From Callorhinchus milii (taxonomy: Eukaryota): DNA of 64,000 nucleotides. Within the stretch, counting starts at the first letter, position 1. Every line of letters begins with the position of its first letter. The stretch covers positions 12,464,001 to 12,528,000 of the forward strand of contig NW_024704742.1 in NCBI RefSeq assembly GCF_018977255.1, in the 5' to 3' direction. A model generated the notes under the pieces. The model did no database searches. It saw only the letters and a program-made list of their open reading frames with translations, and was not told where the DNA came from. A program made the position numbers and the translations under genes. This document shows, in pieces, positions 42,101-52,190 of this stretch.

Positions 42101-44865
42101 ACTCAGTGACATTTATATTCTGTCTATAAATTGTTAGAACTATATTTCTCCCACTTACGACCTGAGACAAAATGATGGCCAAAACCTTCTAAAAAGCTCC
42201 TCCAGATTGAAGGATTGTCCTGAAGCTTCAGACGGTTTGATCCCTAAACGCAGGCCACATTATCTACTGAAATGTTATTTCATAACAGACACATATCACA
42301 GTGAATATCTTGTGAAATGTCACTAACTTACCCACAATATCATCTGTCACTGCACATGTAATTAGACTCAATCAGTCACTGCATTCAATTTGCCAAAACC
42401 AGACTCTTGACCTCTTAGCAAATGGAAAAGTTAATTTTATATGTGAATATTTATTAAAGAACTTATGAGTTGTTCAAGCAGCCATTTAGAATTAGTAAAA
42501 CCATGCCATGAAGTGGTAGTCTCTGTCTGCAACAGCGGAAGTATTTGATGCATATAGCACGGCAGGTAACACAGAAAAGACCAGACCTTAATTCACATTT
42601 CTGCAGTCAATGAATGTGCTCTTAGATAGGCTGTACCTGAAGTGTAAATGCTCCCTAGAGTCTGTCCTAAAATTGCCTTTCACAACAATTCCTGCCTCGG
42701 TGTATCAAAATATTGTTCTGGGTTTACTTTCTCAATCCCATTTAGAATCTTATTTATTTCTATACGGTCCCTTCTGAGACATCTCTTTTTAGAGACTACC
42801 ACTTCAAAGCTGAAGAGCCCCAGCCTACTTGACTGTCCCTCACAGCTCATTCCTTTGACACTGTTGATCAACCTCATTGCTCTCTTCTGCACACACTATG
42901 TAACAGCGAGCAAAACTGTATGCACCTGCCTTATGTGATAAATTAATGGCAATGTACTGCATGCAATTACTGTCATGCAGATATGATCAATGAGCTGAAC
43001 TCAAACTGGGATCAGTAAATCGTGAGGAGGATGATAGCAGACTGCAGGAAGACATAAACAGACTGGTGAAATGGGCAGACATATGGCAGATTAAATTTAA
43101 TGCAGAGAAGTGTGAAGTGATGCATTTTGGGAGGAAGAATGAGGAGAGGCAACATAAACTAGAGGGTGCAATCTGAAAGGGGGATGAAGGAACAGAGAGG
43201 CCTGGAGGTCCACATAAGCAAATCTTTGAAGGTAGCAGGACAGGTAGATACAGCTGTTAAAAATAGCATATGGGTTCCTTGGCTTTATAAATGGAGGCAT
43301 AGAGTACAAAAGCAAGGATATTACACTAAGTCTTTATAAATCTTTGGTTAGGCCTCAGCTGGAGCATCGTAGCTAATTCTGGGTACCACACTTTAGGAAA
43401 GATGTCAAGGCCTTCAAGCAGATGCATAGATTTACCAGAGTGGTAACAGGGATGAGGGACTTTAGTTACGTGAAGAGACTAGAGAAGCTGGGATTGTTTT
43501 CTTCAGAGGAGAAAAGGTTGCAGTTAAATATGGGTATTCAAAATTATGAGGGATTTTGATAGACTAGATAGGGAGAAACTGTTTTCTCTGGCAGGTGAGT
43601 GGGTAATCAGAGACAACAAATTCAAGACAATTGGCAAAAGAACCAGAGGGGAGATGAGGAGAATTTTTTTTCCACTGCAAGTTGTTACAGTCTGGAATGT
43701 ACTTCCTGAAAGGGTGGTGGAAGCAGATTCAATAATAACTTTCAAAAGAGAATTGGATAGATATTTGAAAAGGAAAAAATTGTAAGGATATGGGAAAAGA
43801 GCAGGGGGAGTGTGACTGATTGGATAGCTCTTCCAAAGAACCGGCACAAGCACGATGGGCCGAATTTCCTGATTCTGTGCTGTAATATTCTATGATTCTA
43901 TCACAACCAGAGAACTTCCTGGTTTATTGTGTATTTATCCACCAATGCAGGTTAATAATAATAATAATTGTTGCATTTGATACAGCGCTTTTCATGTCTT
44001 CGAGATGTCTCGAAGCGCTTCACAGAATAGACTGTAATGTGAATTGACTGCATTTGTGGGCAAAATGCAGCAGTCAATTGCACACAGTAGTTTCCCACAA
44101 ACAGTCATGGAATGAAATGACCAATTTATTATTGTTTTTTTTTGAGGGATTATTATCAGGCGTATGGAGTAAGGAAACTTGCCCAAGGTTTCACCCTGCC
44201 GGGAATCGAACCCAGGTCTCTTGCTTGCAAAGCGAGTGCTCTAACCACTACAGGATCACAAATGTTAAAAGCATGGTATTTATCCAGCTCGGATCATCCT
44301 ATCTGTTAGGGTTGAAGATATCTGTACAGCTTCAAGTTTAGCCTTGGATTATTTCAGACCTGCCCAGTTCCACCAACCATTCCTCATCTAAACCAGTCAA
44401 CAAATAGTAAACCTGTGGAACAGGCTCCCCAGAGAGACGATTGTAGCAGAAAATGTAAATTCCTTCAAACACAGATTAGATAGTTTTTTTTTAGCAAATA
44501 ACATTATGGAATATAGTACATAGGTAGTTCAGGGCTAATGTACATGCAATCGCCAGAAAGGTGGAAGGCGAACGAGATGGACCTTGGTCTTTTTCTCGTC
44601 TAGAATTTCTAACTCTACTTTGCTCTAAGAGGCTGGGGCTGTGTGCACCCACTGAAATTCAAACCCAGGACTTACCCATCCTGAGACCAATGCTGAGCCT
44701 ATTTGGATACCAGGACTGTTGACAAATCAACAGGGGAAGTATCCACAGCCCTACACTACATCTGCAGTATCATCCCAATCAGTAAAAAGGTATAACTTTC
44801 ATGGTTCACTTACAATTTTTGTGAAACTTGTGCTTCACATCAGCAATGGTAGATGAAGGTAGCAC
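3030..44865 (-). CDS. TECRL: TECRL (trans-2,3-enoyl-CoA reductase-like), spliced coding exons 2-12; exon 1 not found in window; contains an in-frame TAA in exon 7
   Basis: Manual splicing gives 858 nt: [284 protein letters not shown]. Motifs (VGLQLE, SSIVT, CEAGN, YNPFTW, LWAQ) resemble recalled human TECRL more than TECR, and exon sizes match recalled human TECRL. Confidence 0.93.
3499..3805 (+). mobile_element. tRNA-Deu SINE, short form
   Basis: Same head, core and tail as 2357-2680. Confidence 0.9.
3826..4116 (-). mobile_element. tRNA-Deu SINE, short young form, slightly 5'-truncated
   Basis: Reverse complement of the family; (TAA)n then ccttgcatttgatatagcgcttttcacgtcgggagg. Confidence 0.9.
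4420..4465 (-). CDS. TECRL: TECRL exon 11 (46 nt) [15 protein letters not shown]
   Basis: Acceptor ctcctcattgcag, donor gtaaga; resembles human IGSWISFTVMTQTLP. Confidence 0.95.
5847..5932 (-). CDS. TECRL: TECRL exon 10 (86 nt) [28 protein letters not shown]
   Basis: Acceptor tttacttctag, donor gtaatt; VSCPNYTYE steroid-5-alpha-reductase family motif. Confidence 0.96.
6060..6506 (-). mobile_element. Older SacSINE1-like DeuSINE, near full length
   Basis: tRNA-like head, gtgccatgggatctttaacatccacctg Deu-domain segment and L2-type tail; family resemblance recalled from memory. Confidence 0.75.
6878..6935 (-). CDS. TECRL: TECRL exon 9 (58 nt) [19 protein letters not shown]
   Basis: Acceptor tctgtctcttag, donor gtatgt; resembles human ICEAGNHFINVML. 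Confidence 0.94.
7197..7222. repeat. (TA)n microsatellite
   Basis: Uninterrupted tatata run. Confidence 0.9.
7224..7460 (+). mobile_element. 5'-truncated tRNA-Deu SINE (long form)
   Basis: gatcgcttttccagggataataat followed by Deu core and tail. Confidence 0.8.
8150..9030 (-). mobile_element. L2 LINE 3' fragment
   Basis: ORF 8204..8716 [19 protein letters not shown]...[17 protein letters not shown] (L2 ORF2 C-terminus); (TTG)n tail. Confidence 0.9.
10635..10850 (-). mobile_element. Degraded long-form tRNA-Deu SINE with internal deletions
   Basis: Tail piece, ttattacccctggaaaag...cctacttactag segment and decayed head. Confidence 0.65.
10932..10975 (-). CDS. TECRL: TECRL exon 8 (44 nt) [14 protein letters not shown]
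   Basis: Acceptor ttttgtttcctag, donor gtgagt; resembles human FGNRQITVSAINFL. Confidence 0.9.
11540..12005 (-). mobile_element. CR1 LINE 3' fragment
   Basis: Similar to 36960-37430; encodes decayed [14 protein letters not shown] CR1 ORF2 C-terminus. Confidence 0.85.
12891..13260 (-). mobile_element. tRNA-Deu SINE, long form, full length
   Basis: Head ends aggactccac; carries the extra ~75-nt segment; tail present. Confidence 0.9.
13640..13838 (+). mobile_element. tRNA-Deu SINE with most of head deleted
   Basis: gtggagttctg joined directly to Deu core and tail. Confidence 0.75.
14380..14705 (+). mobile_element. Old CR1 3' end
   Basis: Decayed LRGDLI/FTQRV...W-like coding remnant and CR1 3' UTR. 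Confidence 0.65.
14957..15029 (-). CDS. TECRL: TECRL exon 7 (73 nt) [23 protein letters not shown], with premature TAA at 14967-14969
   Basis: Acceptor tttttgttcacag, donor gtaggt; YWGF and YYINHPL motifs; reads CCT CTA TAA ATA CCT CCC. Confidence 0.95.
15655..15990 (-). mobile_element. SacSINE1-like DeuSINE fragment
   Basis: ccatgggatctttaatgtccacctg segment, Deu core and L2-type tail. Confidence 0.7.
17296..17556 (+). mobile_element. tRNA-Deu SINE, 5'-truncated short form, ending about 35 nt from the exon 6 donor
   Basis: ggcagggcgaaaccttaggcaagtttcc through tail. Confidence 0.88.
17590..17695 (-). CDS. TECRL: TECRL exon 6 (106 nt) [35 protein letters not shown]
   Basis: Acceptor cttccctcccag, donor gtaagt; [13 protein letters not shown] motif; lies within ORF 17533..17787. 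Confidence 0.96.
17820..20560 (-). mobile_element. L2 LINE, ~2.7 kb, endonuclease plus RT, many frameshifts
   Basis: ORFs include [15 protein letters not shown] (APE), [10 protein letters not shown] (RT), [16 protein letters not shown]; (TTG)n tail. Confidence 0.93.
22100..22690 (+). mobile_element. Old degraded L2 fragment containing a perfect hairpin
   Basis: Decayed [10 protein letters not shown] and L2 RT remnants. Confidence 0.65.
22438..22510. repeat. Perfect inverted repeat, 35-bp arms, 3-nt loop
   Basis: gtctgatttgatgctcagctctcctttatccctca-ata-tgagggataaaggagagctgagcatcaaatcagac. Confidence 0.97.
22960..23215 (+). mobile_element. CR1 3' end
   Basis: aggaaacatttcttcacacag...gatcagccatgatct...gaatggcctcctc CR1 3' UTR. 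Confidence 0.75.
23270..24790 (+). mobile_element. Young 5'-truncated L2 LINE; RT and C-terminus open except one frameshift near 23828
   Basis: ORFs 23508..23942 ([26 protein letters not shown]) and 23840..24772 (YADDTQLY...). Confidence 0.95.
25308..25423 (-). CDS. TECRL: TECRL exon 5 (116 nt) [38 protein letters not shown]
   Basis: Acceptor poly-T followed by ag, donor gtaagt; VFLxEYxGPL motif. Confidence 0.96.
28105..28858 (-). mobile_element. L2 LINE 3' fragment
   Basis: ORF 28103..28864 [13 protein letters not shown]...GGRAFS; same subfamily as 50062-50865. Confidence 0.92.
29235..30897 (+). mobile_element. CR1 LINE, 5'-truncated, RT region plus 3' UTR
   Basis: [36 protein letters not shown]; ends in (attcttatg)-type repeat. 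Confidence 0.95.
31833..31936 (-). CDS. TECRL: TECRL exon 4 (104 nt) [34 protein letters not shown]
   Basis: Acceptor ttatcttacag, donor gtgagc; contains the family DLGxQxSW motif. Confidence 0.95.
32224..32546 (+). mobile_element. tRNA-Deu SINE, short young form
   Basis: Intact A/B boxes, core and tail. Confidence 0.92.
32563..35760 (-). mobile_element. Near full-length L2 LINE (APE plus RT), disrupted, with internal deletion near 33355
   Basis: [32 protein letters not shown] (APE), PWYN, RT motifs; same subfamily as 23270-24790. Confidence 0.93.
36012..36075. repeat. 18-bp tandem repeat, about 3 copies
   Basis: cacctaattccccctctg units. Confidence 0.8.
36853..38075 (-). mobile_element. 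CR1 LINE, RT region plus 3' UTR
   Basis: [33 protein letters not shown]. Confidence 0.94.
38085..39600 (-). mobile_element. L2 LINE internal/5' portion (APE to RT start)
   Basis: [48 protein letters not shown]. Confidence 0.9.
41820..41864 (-). CDS. TECRL: TECRL exon 3 (45 nt) [14 protein letters not shown]
   Basis: Acceptor tccttgacag, donor gtaagt; resembles human PKWYPSRVGLQLEC. Confidence 0.93.
42650..42890 (-). mobile_element. CR1 fragment
   Basis: [11 protein letters not shown]...RLGLFS...LRRDRIE. Confidence 0.75.
42995..43900 (+). mobile_element. CR1 LINE 3' fragment
   Basis: [24 protein letters not shown]; ends (attctatg)n. Confidence 0.92.
43953..44255 (-). mobile_element. tRNA-Deu SINE, short form
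   Basis: Reverse complement of the family, head to tail. Confidence 0.88.
44814..44865 (-). CDS. TECRL: TECRL exon 2 (52 nt) [17 protein letters not shown]
   Basis: Acceptor ttcctgattaacag, donor gtaagt; resembles human VTQSSTIHDVKQKFHKA. Confidence 0.93.
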
Positions 44866-45380
44866 CTGTTAATCAGGAAACAAAATGAAGGTTACTCAAG
44901 AACAACAACAACTTGATTTATCTAGCCACCCCTCACGCAGGGTAGCATCCCAGAGTGCTTAATGTCAATGTCCCATAGTTTACATTAAAAAAAGGCTTAC
45001 ATCTCTCAACTATGTGTTAGCGGTGTCCTGTTTAAACTGAGGCATTTCTTTCTGTTCATGACATGAAAATGCGCTATATCAAATGCAAGAATTATTATTA
45101 TTATCTCTCTCCCTGAGGGCTTGAATGGACGCTCCTGCTGCTTTAGCACATTCCTCACAAATTTAGCAAACTGACTCATCAACATTTATAAGATCTGACC
45201 TTAGTTATTCCTCCTGTTGAGAGCTTCAGTGTGAACAGAATCTGCTCCAAAGAGCCCAGACAAGTTTTTGCACTACATCGATTTTGCACTACACTACACA
45301 CAAATACACACAAACACGTTCACAAACACACCAAGGAATTGATGCTCATTGCTTGATACTATGATTTTAGTGTATGTGTA

Positions 45381-45721
45381 CAGGGTGCCCACAATGTCCT
45401 GTTATCCCGTGTGTTTTGTTTACACATAATGCGCTGGCCATCAATTGAAACGTGGAAGAATGATGCTAATTGTATTTAAAAGTAATTAATTGTATTCAGA
45501 AAAGTGTTTAACTGTATTTAAATGTCAGAGGATCGATGTGTGTGTGAGCACCATCATTTTCGTGGCAGATAATGATCCATACCCATGCACAGTGCTACAT
45601 CTTCCATAATATGGATGGAATGAGGATGTGAAACACCTCTCTAACAGCTGGTTTCAGTTTCTCCGTAGTCTCATATTGCTGTTTTGTAACCGGGGGGTAA
45701 GAGGACTTTGTGGACACCCTG
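45381..45721. mobile_element. Non-autonomous Tc1/mariner-type MITE, 341 bp
   Basis: TA|CAGGGTGCCCACAATGTCCTGTTATCCC ... GGGGTAAGAGGACTTTGTGGACACCCTG|TA: 28-bp TIRs with 4 mismatches and a TA target duplication. Confidence 0.85.
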
Positions 45722-46116
45722 TATTATGTTATCACTATAATTATTAATTTGGTTTGAGGTTTTATTTTGTTTAGAAGCTGGGTGACATACAGAAACTCAT
45801 GATCATGCTTAAGAGTATTCAAAACAAACTGAGCCTGAAAGTTCTGTATATGCCACCTACATAGAGAAATGTCTGCGTCCAGAATGGACTCTGCTTCCCT
45901 AATTCAATACAGTATGACGTGGTTGGCGAAAGCCAAGTGTTAGGACCCCAGAGTGTGTGTTGGTGTAATTTTGGAGTTTAACCATCTAAATTCACATTGC
46001 TTGCCATTTAGAGCACTGTCTGGCAAGTTTCCTGCTGCTTGTCCACTCTATCAGTTGGCTTGCGGGTTAGCAAGATGAGTGTGAATAATAACAATAATAA
46101 TTCTTGGATTTAATAA

Positions 46117-46322
46117 CAATAATAATCCTTGCATTTGATATAGCACTTTTCACGCCTTCTAAAGGTATCAAAGCGCTTCAGAGAATATACTGTAAAGTGA
46201 ATTGACTGTATATTTGTGGGTGAAACGCAGCAGCCAATAGCGCACAGCAGTGTCCACAAACAGTTGTGGATTGAAGTGACCGATTTATTATTGTTTTTTT
46301 CTTGAGGGATTATTATCAGGTG
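46117..46322 (-). mobile_element. 5'-truncated tRNA-Deu SINE
   Basis: Tail and Deu core. Confidence 0.85.
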
Positions 46323-48424
46323 TTAGATATCAAAAAGGTCACCCAGCATTCCGTTTAGGTAAAATCTGTTAAGCCAAGTTTATTCAAACAGAAATATCAT
46401 TGAACCGCGCTTATTTCAGCAGTCAAAAGCGCTTCACAGGATATACTGTCAATTTTGTAGACGAAACTCAGCCAGTTTAACTTAACAGAAAATTGGGAGT
46501 AACATCGTCCTGGCTCAGGAAACAAATTATCGAAACCACCACTGAGGTTTGACTCAGTTCTGACATCACATTGCCAACTACGTCACTCTGGACTAGTTCC
46601 AAGGAGACCCCACTTATTTCCCCCCCCACCCCGGCCCCCGAAGAAGGATAGTCCTTGGAGGTTTATAAAAGCTCACTTAAATATAATATATATGTAGGAA
46701 TATATGTATATGTGATAGTGGATGTTAGAAAAGATGATACATTGAAAATTTGTCGTAATCAATCCTAATCCTTCCAGTCGAGACAAAATAATTCAGAGCT
46801 GAAAGAGACAAGTTAATAAAAACTCCTTCACTGATATATCATTAGTGAGTAAATACAAGAGTAAATCATGCGACATGTTGGGTACTGTCACATAAATAAT
46901 TGTTAAATATTTTGATATAGCATGTTATAATGTTGGTGAGCGATCTCAAAGCACTTCACAGGATTTTGATGTGAAGTGTAGTGACTGTATTTGTGGATGA
47001 ACACGACAGACAATTTGTACACAGCAATGCTCCATAACCACGTGAAGTGAATGCCCATTTTTTTTATTTGGGGGGATTGCTGGTTAGGTCCATTGATAAA
47101 TAATAATAATAATAATTATTATTCTTGCGACCATATCATTGAAATTAAAGCCAGTCAATAATGAAGGTCAATCCAAAACTAAAGACCTTTGTAGGTGAAT
47201 GTAGGTGAGCCCCTATGACTCCATCACAATGGTTTGACCCGAAGTCTGTACATCTGAAACCTGGCCCTGGAATTCACAAGATACTCCTTTTATATTACCC
47301 TCTGGTTTCTATTCCCACAGTTCTTTAATTCATACAACAACAACTTGCAATTATATATCGCCCTTCATGGCATAATTGCACCATAAAACTGGACATGTCA
47401 TTGATTCATTACAAAATATAGTAAACAATGTGAAAATGCCAGCAAAATATTATAAGGAGGGGTTTCTGTTTGATACAGTTTTCATTTTCAATGCAATGCT
47501 CGCATTAGTGTGCAGTCACTCTACTGGAAAAGTAGACCAAAGCCCATATTTTTTTCACAAGCATATTAGCTAGATGTTTGAAAACCACAACAACTTGCAT
47601 ATAACGCCCTTCATGCAGGGTAGCATCCTGGAGTGCATGGAAGTGAGCTACATTATAGGGTATGTGGTGCGATAAAGAGTGTGGGATTAGTTTAGATGTC
47701 TCATGTAGAGAAAACATCAGCTGAGACTTGATAGGCCTCTCTGGGTGCTATGATATTCTTTCAGCACTTTGGGACGTCCTCCCGACGTGAAAGGCGCTTA
47801 ATAAATGTAATTTTGTTGTTGTTAGTGGTGGTGATGCTATGAATACAGAGAGCTCTGTGACATATTGTCAGTGGATGGTACAAACTGACCCACCCAAATC
47901 AAACTAAATTAATCACAGTTAAGCATTCTCTGTGCACCGTTGCTTAAACGTAATGCTTTAATAAGAGTTCTGCCAAGTATACATAAACAATCTTTCCACT
48001 GTAGATATTTACTGATGCTAAATGCATAATTTTAATCATTCTGAGCTTCATAAAACAATTACATAGGATACATGAATTATTTGGCACTGTCCATCATCAA
48101 TTGTAGTTTAGAAATATCGATGTGCCATCAATCCTACCAGGGTATTTTTAATTCGTCTGACAATAACCTAACAGAGAATGAGGATAACAGTTGATGTGGC
48201 TTTTAGAGTCATGTGGCCTTTTCCTCATTCCCAGTCATATGCTCCAAGGTTGCTGTCCTTTTAATTTTTAACAACAGCACTGTTGATATCAGGCATGTGG
48301 AGAAGAAAAAATTGCAGTGATGGAATAATGACATTCTGTTTTTTAAATCTGCAGAAATATTGAAACAATGCCTGGCTGATTCTAAAAATCTTTAAATTAT
48401 AATTGCTAATAAATAATAATAATC

Positions 48425-48761
48425 ATAATAATAATCCTTGATATAGCGCATTATCACATCTTTGAGATGTCTCAAAGCGCTTCACAGAATATACTGTAAA
48501 GTGAATTGACTGTATATTTTATGGACAAAATGCGGCAGCCAATTGCACACAGCAGTGTCCACAAACAGTCGTGGATTGAGTGACCAAATTATTATTATAT
48601 TTTAATTTTTGGCTGGATTATTACCCCTGGAAAAGCAAACTGCCAATCGACTAACAACCGGGTTCCTACTTACTGCTAAGTAAACAGAGGCATGTGAAAT
48701 AAGGAAACTTGTCCAATGTTTCGTGTCCTCGCTTGCTCTAACCACTAAGCTGAAGGACTCC
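48425..48761 (-). mobile_element. tRNA-Deu SINE, long form, head partly deleted
   Basis: Tail, core, ctaacaaccgggttcctacttactgc segment, partial head. Confidence 0.87.
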
Positions 48762-49422
48762 TTAAACAATAATAAATACTAATCTTTGTATATCAAATAC
48801 GAGGAATATAGTATAAAAAGCTGCAGAATCTGCTATACAGCTTAGCTATTTATGATTGAACACTATTCACATGCAAGTTGTCAATCTCCTCAAAAGGGTA
48901 TTGTTTTGTTGCACATCTATGATTTTCTCTGGTGTTTAAGTCTTCATAATTCAGTTAATTTGTCATTTCCTCACAATTTGCTTCTGATCGTATCATTGTA
49001 TTTGATTACTTCTTTCACATTTCATTGGTCTTGTGCGTTCAATTTATTTGTAGTAAGATATTTATTTAGATAAATATGGTTTCTGTTCAACATTTCCCAT
49101 GTCTATTTAATGCTGATGTACCGTCACAGTTCCCAATATTATTAACCTTTTGCTGATGTCCTGATGGTGTATGCTGATTCTAATCCTTCACTTTACATAC
49201 TGTCTCATCAAAGTCTTCTAAGTAAACTATAATCAATCATTCAGTGAATGAATCTTCTCCATAAATAGCAAGAAGACTGATATTCACCTACATATATATA
49301 GTAGTCACTACACTTTACAGTATGACTTGTGAAGTGCTTTCAGATTTCTTCCTGATGTGAAAGGGGCCATATCAAATGTAAGGATTATGGTTATTATTAT
49401 TATCATTTTAATTACACTGCAT

Positions 49423-49745
49423 GTGGAGTCCTATAGCTCAGTGGTTAGAGCACTCGCCTTGCAGGCGAGACACCTGGGTTCAATTCCAGGCAGAGGGCGA
49501 AACCTTGGGCAGGTTTCCTTACTCCACACCCCTAATAATAATCCCTCCAAAACATAAACAATAATAAGTTGGTCATTTTCAATCCACGACTATTTGTGGG
49601 ACATTGCTGTGCGCAATTGGCTGCTGGGTTTCACCCACAAATATACGGTCAATTCACTTTACAGTCTATTCTGTGAAGCGCTTTGAGACGTTGAGAAGAC
49701 ATGAAAAGCGCTATATCAAATGCAAGGATTATTATTATTATTATT
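49423..49745 (+). mobile_element. tRNA-Deu SINE, short form
   Basis: A/B boxes, core and tail. Confidence 0.9.
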
Positions 49746-50061
49746 GTGTCTTTGCAGTGAAATGGCAGAGAGCACACACTAAAACAATGGAAATGGTCAC
49801 TTTAACTTTGCTCAGACCTACAAAAGAGCTCCTGCAATATATCATGGTTCTCTTGCTTTTACGTCATACCACAAATGCTCAGTCATTAAGCTTTAATTGC
49901 CTGGAACTAATTGCGTTTCCAATGCCTAAAGTTAATGGAGCCAATTACCTTGAATTCAAAATCTCTCCTTCAGCAATCAAACACTCAAAGTTCCATCATT
50001 CACTAGTTTGAGAAACTTCAATTTTGTGGACAAATACCAGAGAAACTTTAAATTGCCTCAT

Positions 50062-50865
50062 CAACAACAACAACAGATTACATTTATAGAGCGCCTTTCA
50101 CGTCGGGAGGACGTCCCAAGGCGTTGGACAGTTGGGTCGGGACCCGAGCAGGGGGGAAATGGTCAGTGTGAGGGGAGTGAAGGGAGGGACTCAGGAGGGG
50201 GTAGAGAGTCGAGAGGGGAGCTGAAGGCACGGTTGAAGAGAAAGGTCTTGAGGCCGGCCTTGAAGGAGGAAAGGGAGGAGGCGGCGAAGGCATTGGGTGA
50301 TGGAGTTCCAGAGCCTAGAGGCTGAGAGCTGAAGGCCCGGCCACCGATGGTAGGGCGGTTGGGGCGGGGGATGTGGAGCAGACTGGAGCCAGAGGAACGG
50401 AGGGTATGGGCAGGTAGGTAGGGGGATAGTAGGTCAGAGAGGTAGGAGGGTGCAAGGCCATGATTGGCCTTCTAGGTGAGGAAGAGGATCTTGAATTCGA
50501 TCCTCTGGGGGATGTGGAGGCGAGCGAGGGTGCGAGTGATGTGGTCGTGAAGTCTGGTCCGGGACAGTACTCGAGCTACAGAGTTCTGAATGACCTGCAG
50601 CTTGTGGAGGGAGGTGCCGGGAAGGTCGGCGAGGAGAGAGTTCCCATATCCAGCCTTGAGGTGATAAGGGCGTGGACCAGAGTTTCAGCAGCGTGAGGGG
50701 TGAGGTAGTGGTAGTCTGGCGATGTTCCGGAGGTGGTGGAAGGCGGTGCCAGTTGTGGCACGGATGTGGGGAAGAAAGGACAGCTCAGGGTCAAACAGAA
50801 CACCGAGGTTCCTGACTGGCTTTGAGAGGTGGAGAGTGCAGCCTTGGATGCTGATGGTGTCAGCT
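50062..50865 (-). mobile_element. L2 LINE 3' fragment
   Basis: [21 protein letters not shown]; tail gggacgtcctcccgacgtgaaaggcgc. Confidence 0.92.
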
Positions 50866-51009
50866 TCTCGTTGCGTTTATTTAGGCGTTAGTCTGGTTCA
50901 GTTAGAAGCACTCTATCCACTAAGTAAGAAAACCAGGGTTCAGGCCTCACAACAAGAGCTTGAATTCACATAATCTAGGCCCACACTCCAATGTAGTTCC
51001 GGGGTGCAC

Positions 51010-51770
51010 AGCAACAACAACAAATTATATTTGTATACCGCCTTTCACATCAGGAGGAATGAGCAAAGGTGTTGGACAGTCAAGAATTTGCCCCCGAGCT
51101 GGGGGTTGGGATCAGGAGGAGTGGAGAGGAGGGTGGGAGAGTGGCCGAAGGCACGGTCGAAGAGGAGGGTCTTGGGACGTGCCTTGAAGGAGCCAAGGGA
51201 GGAAGCGAGACAAAAGGAATGTGGGATGGAGTTCCAAAGGGTGGGGGCAGAGAAGCTGAAGGCCCGACAGCCGATGGTGGGGTGGGCTGGGCATGGGACG
51301 TGGAGCAGGCCAGAGCCTGCTGAGCGGAGATAGCGGACAGGCCGTTATGGAATTAGCAGGTCATGTGGAGTCCTGTAGCTCAGTGGTTAGAGCATTCGCT
51401 TTGCAAGTGAGAGACCTGAGTTCAATTCCAAGCAGGGCGAAACCTTGGGCAAGTTTCCTTACTCCACACGCCTAATAATAATAATCCCTCCAAAACCAAA
51501 AACAATAATAAATTGGTCATTTTCAATCTACGACTGTTTGTGGGACATTGCTGTGCGCAATTGGCTGCCGCGTTCGCCCACAAATATACAGTCAATTCAC
51601 TTTACAGTGTGTTCTGTGAAGCGCTTTGGGACGTCCTCCCGACGTGAAAAGCGCTATATCAAATGCAAGGATTATTATTATTATTATGAGGTGGAGCGAA
51701 GCCAGGCTGTGGATCGCTTTGAAATTGAAGATGAGGATTTTGAACTCTATCCTCTGGGGGATGGGGAACC
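51010..51770 (-). mobile_element. L2 3' fragment interrupted by a SINE
   Basis: L2 tail and C-terminal sequence resumes after 51688. Confidence 0.85.
51365..51688 (+). mobile_element. tRNA-Deu SINE, short young form, nested in L2
   Basis: Near-consensus copy. Confidence 0.93.
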
Positions 51771-51828
51771 CCCAGGAGGTAGTAGCAGACTAGCTCCACA
51801 GAAAGGGCTCAGATTCTCAGGTAAGATT

Positions 51829-52190
51829 GAGTCCTGTAGCTCAGTGGTTAGATCACTCGCCTGGCAAGCGAGAAACCTGGGTTTAATTCCCAGCAGGGCG
51901 AAACATTGGGCAAGTTTCCTTACTCCACATGTCTGTGTTCTCTGTTTACCTAGCAGTAAGTAGGAAACCGGTTGTTAGTCAATTGGCAGATCACATTTCT
52001 GGGGAGATAGTAATTTGTTCAAAAAGAAAAAAAGGTAATTCAATCATGACAATGTTTCTGGGACACTGCTGTGCGCAATTGTCTGCCGCGTTTCGCCAAC
52101 AAAATATACAGTCAATTCACTTCACAGTATATTCTGTGAAGCGCTTTGAGATGTCTCGAAGATGCGATAAGGCAAGGATTATTATTATTA
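51829..52190 (+). mobile_element. tRNA-Deu SINE, long form
   Basis: Head, extra segment, core, partly deleted tail. Confidence 0.87.

Noticed and set aside
51445..51963. Recurrent ORFs with [23 protein letters not shown]...KCKDYYYY
   Set aside because: Chance translations of the SINE consensus, not a protein family.
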